64,000 bases of DNA from assembly GCA_014190295.1 (NCBI GenBank), contig BJGF01000001.1, positions 7,518 to 71,517 of the forward strand, read 5' to 3'. Origin of the DNA: Actinomycetes bacterium (GTDB taxonomy: Bacteria > Actinomycetota > Acidimicrobiia > Acidimicrobiales > Ilumatobacteraceae). How positions within the stretch are numbered: position 1 is the first letter of the stretch; every line of letters begins with the position of its first letter. Below the pieces are notes generated by a model. The model did no database searches. It was not told the DNA's origin and worked only from the letters and a program-made list of their open reading frames with translations. Of the stretch, positions 61,831 to 64,000 are shown piece by piece. Position numbers and translations under genes: made by a program.

Positions 61831-64000
61831 TTAGAAAGCTTTCTCTCGTCGTCGCTCGCGCTCACGGTCATCTGCATCTGAACCACGTTCGTTGCGGCTG
61901 ATGTCGATACCGAGTTCACGTACTGCCGTGAAGACTTCTTCGTCGAGATCTGTGAGCTCAACTTGCTTGCCTTCATGCGAAATAACTTCTACGTCGAGGC
62001 AAAGTGCTTGCATTTCTTTCATCAACACTTTGAAACTCTCTGGAATACCAGGCTCTGGAATGTTGTCGCCCTTGACAATCGCTTCGTAAACGCGCACGCG
62101 TCCGAGTACGTCATCGCTCTTGATTGTCAAGAGTTCTTGCAAGCAATATGCGGCACCGTAAGCCTCGAGTGCCCACACTTCCATTTCTCCGAAACGCTGT
62201 CCACCGAATTGTGCTTTGCCACCAAGTGGTTGTTGCGTGATCATCGAGTATGGACCAGTTGAACGTGCGTGAATCTTGTCGTCAACCAAGTGGTTGAGTT
62301 TCAAGATGTACATGTATCCAACTGTGATCGGGTTGTCGTAGACATCACCGGTGCGACCGTTGCGAAGCAACAGCTTTCCGTCATCGCCGATCAGACGCTT
62401 GCCGTCAACCGACTCTGGGTTCAAGTTGCGCAAAATCGATTGAATCGTCGGATGTGTACCGGCTTGATCGTCTTCGTCCCAATGCGCACCGTCGAATACT
62501 GGTGTTGCAACGAATGTTGCTGGCGGTGTTGATGGTCGAGTTTTTGATTCTGTGCCACGAATTGGATTTGGTCCGACAGTTTTGTCGTTCTTCTCGTCAT
62601 ACCAACCCCACCTCGCGCAATAGCCAAGGTGAGCCTCGAGTACCTGGCCGATGTTCATTCGGCTTGGCACACCAAGTGGATTCAAGATGATGTCAACTGG
62701 TGTTCCGTCTTCAAGATATGGCATATCTTCGATCGGCAAAATCTTCGAGATGACACCTTTGTTACCGTGACGACCAGCGAGTTTGTCGCCAACGCTGATC
62801 TTGCGCTTTTGCGCAACGTGAATTTTGACGATTTGGTTTACACCTGGTGGCAATTCGTCACCTGGCAAGTCGTCGCCTTCTGCGGCACGCTTGAGCACTT
62901 TGACATCGATTACTTTTCCGCCTTCGCCGTGCGGAACCTTGAGAGATGTATCGCGAACTTCTTTCGACTTTTCGCCGAAGATCGCACGCAACAAACGCTC
63001 TTCTGGTGTTAGTTCGGTTTCTCCCTTTGGAGTTACCTTGCCAACGAGTACGTCTCCAGGACCGACTTCTGCACCAACGCGAATGATTCCGCGATCGTCA
63101 AGGTCAGCGAGAATTTCTTCGGACAAGTTAGGAATGTCACGGCTGATTTCTTCTGCGCCAAGTTTTGTATCACGAGCATCAACTTCGTACTCGTGAATAT
63201 GAATTGATGTGAGAACATCTTCTTTGACAAGACGCTCAGACAAGATGATTGCGTCTTCGAAGTTGTAACCCTCCCATGGCATGAGTGCCACGAGTAGGTT
63301 CTTTCCGAGTGCAAGTTCGCCTTCGTCAGTGCTTGGACCGTCAGCGAGCAAGTCGCCCTTCTTGATTTTTTGTCCTTCTTTCACGCGCACAATTTGGTTG
63401 ATGCAAGTGTCTTGGTTTGAACGCAAGAACTTTGACAACTTGTGTTCGTGTTCACGCTTTGGCAAGTTCTCGTATTTCACAACGATCGTCGCACCCGTGA
63501 TCGACTCAACAACACCATCATCTTTTGCCAAAACCAAATCGGCGCCATCGCGTGCCGCGCGTGCTTCAACACCAGTACCGATGTACGGCGCCTCTGCACG
63601 AATTAGTGGGACAGCCTGACGTTGCATGTTTGCACCCATCAACGCACGGTTTGCGTCGTCGTGTTCAAGGAAAGGAATCAACGCAGTTGCAATCGAAACA
63701 ATTTGCTTCGGTGAAACGTCGATGAAGTCAACTTCGTCTGGCGTTACATAACCGATGTCGGTTGTTGCGCCGAAGAAGCTTTCTGCTTCAAGCATCTTTT
63801 TGAGGTCTTCCAAACTTGCTGCCTGTGGTGATCGACGCACAAGAACGCGATCATCGCGAAGTCGTCCGTCTGGCAAAATTGGGGTGTTGGCCTGAGCTAC
63901 GACGTAGTTTTCTTCTTCATCGGCAGCCATGTATTTAATTTCATTCGTGATAATGCCACCCTTAACACGGCGGTATGGAGTTTCGATGAAACCAAACGGA
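61831..64000 (-). CDS. rpoB: DNA-directed RNA polymerase beta subunit (5' end cut off by the window edge)
   Basis: The reading frame stays open upstream of the listed Met to position 64000 (…[29 protein letters not shown]). Conserved beta motifs include GRHGNKGV and [14 protein letters not shown]. Confidence 0.97.
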   Translation of the reverse strand, partial: PFGFIETPYRRVKGGIITNEIKYMAADEEENYVVAQANTPILPDGRLRDDRVLVRRSPQAASLEDLKKMLEAESFFGATTDIGYVTPDEVDFIDVSPKQIVSIATALIPFLEHDDANRALMGANMQRQAVPLIRAEAPYIGTGVEARAARDGADLVLAKDDGVVESITGATIVVKYENLPKREHEHKLSKFLRSNQDTCINQIVRVKEGQKIKKGDLLADGPSTDEGELALGKNLLVALMPWEGYNFEDAIILSERLVKEDVLTSIHIHEYEVDARDTKLGAEEISRDIPNLSEEILADLDDRGIIRVGAEVGPGDVLVGKVTPKGETELTPEERLLRAIFGEKSKEVRDTSLKVPHGEGGKVIDVKVLKRAAEGDDLPGDELPPGVNQIVKIHVAQKRKISVGDKLAGRHGNKGVISKILPIEDMPYLEDGTPVDIILNPLGVPSRMNIGQVLEAHLGYCARWGWYDEKNDKTVGPNPIRGTESKTRPSTPPATFVATPVFDGAHWDEDDQAGTHPTIQSILRNLNPESVDGKRLIGDDGKLLLRNGRTGDVYDNPITVGYMYILKLNHLVDDKIHARSTGPYSMITQQPLGGKAQFGGQRFGEMEVWALEAYGAAYCLQELLTIKSDDVLGRVRVYEAIVKGDNIPEPGIPESFKVLMKEMQALCLDVEVISHEGKQVELTDLDEEVFTAVRELGIDISRNERGSDADDRERERRREKAF

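Overview
This window is a dense, almost entirely housekeeping stretch of an actinobacterial-type chromosome with moderate GC. From about 20.4 kb to the right edge, nearly every gene is on the minus strand, in the classic conserved order. That order is rpoB (cut by the window edge), rpoC, rpsL-rpsG-fusA-tuf, the S10, spc and alpha ribosomal-protein operons (with secY, adk, infA, rpmJ, rpoA), then truA, rplM-rpsI, glmM, a glmS-like gene, acpS, alr, tsaE-tsaB-rimI-tsaD, dus, maf and groES-groEL. The left third carries a membrane H+-pyrophosphatase, mdh, sucCD, a stand-alone B12-binding subunit, pcrA, yaaA, a RipA-like NlpC/P60 hydrolase and guaA. It also holds an EamA transporter, an FMN-riboswitch-controlled ribD-ribBA-ribH operon, a prokaryotic-type secreted phospholipase A2 and a Nudix hydrolase. 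Two cis-regulatory elements are confidently readable: an FMN (RFN) riboswitch upstream of ribD and a CIRCE operator upstream of groES. I found no rRNA, tRNA, CRISPR array, transposase, integrase, prophage or recognisable defence or toxin-antitoxin genes. I do not see a clear novel multi-gene system here. The most unusual object is a 1143-aa GlmS-like amidotransferase, roughly twice canonical length. It sits in the conserved glmS slot, keeps the catalytic motifs, and carries three extra modules of unknown function. Secondary oddities are listed below.
- An HtrA-type protease gene plus a structured 272-nt spacer is wedged between rpsJ and rplC.
- In-frame 12-15-nt tandem repeats recur inside core genes (maf, glmS-like, truA, rpoC).
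- Several ribosomal proteins carry low-complexity extensions.
- A block of 13-nt direct repeats lies upstream of the cell-wall hydrolase gene.
- ribE is absent from the rib operon and map is absent from between adk and infA.

All calls come from reading the translations and the sequence by eye. No database search was run.
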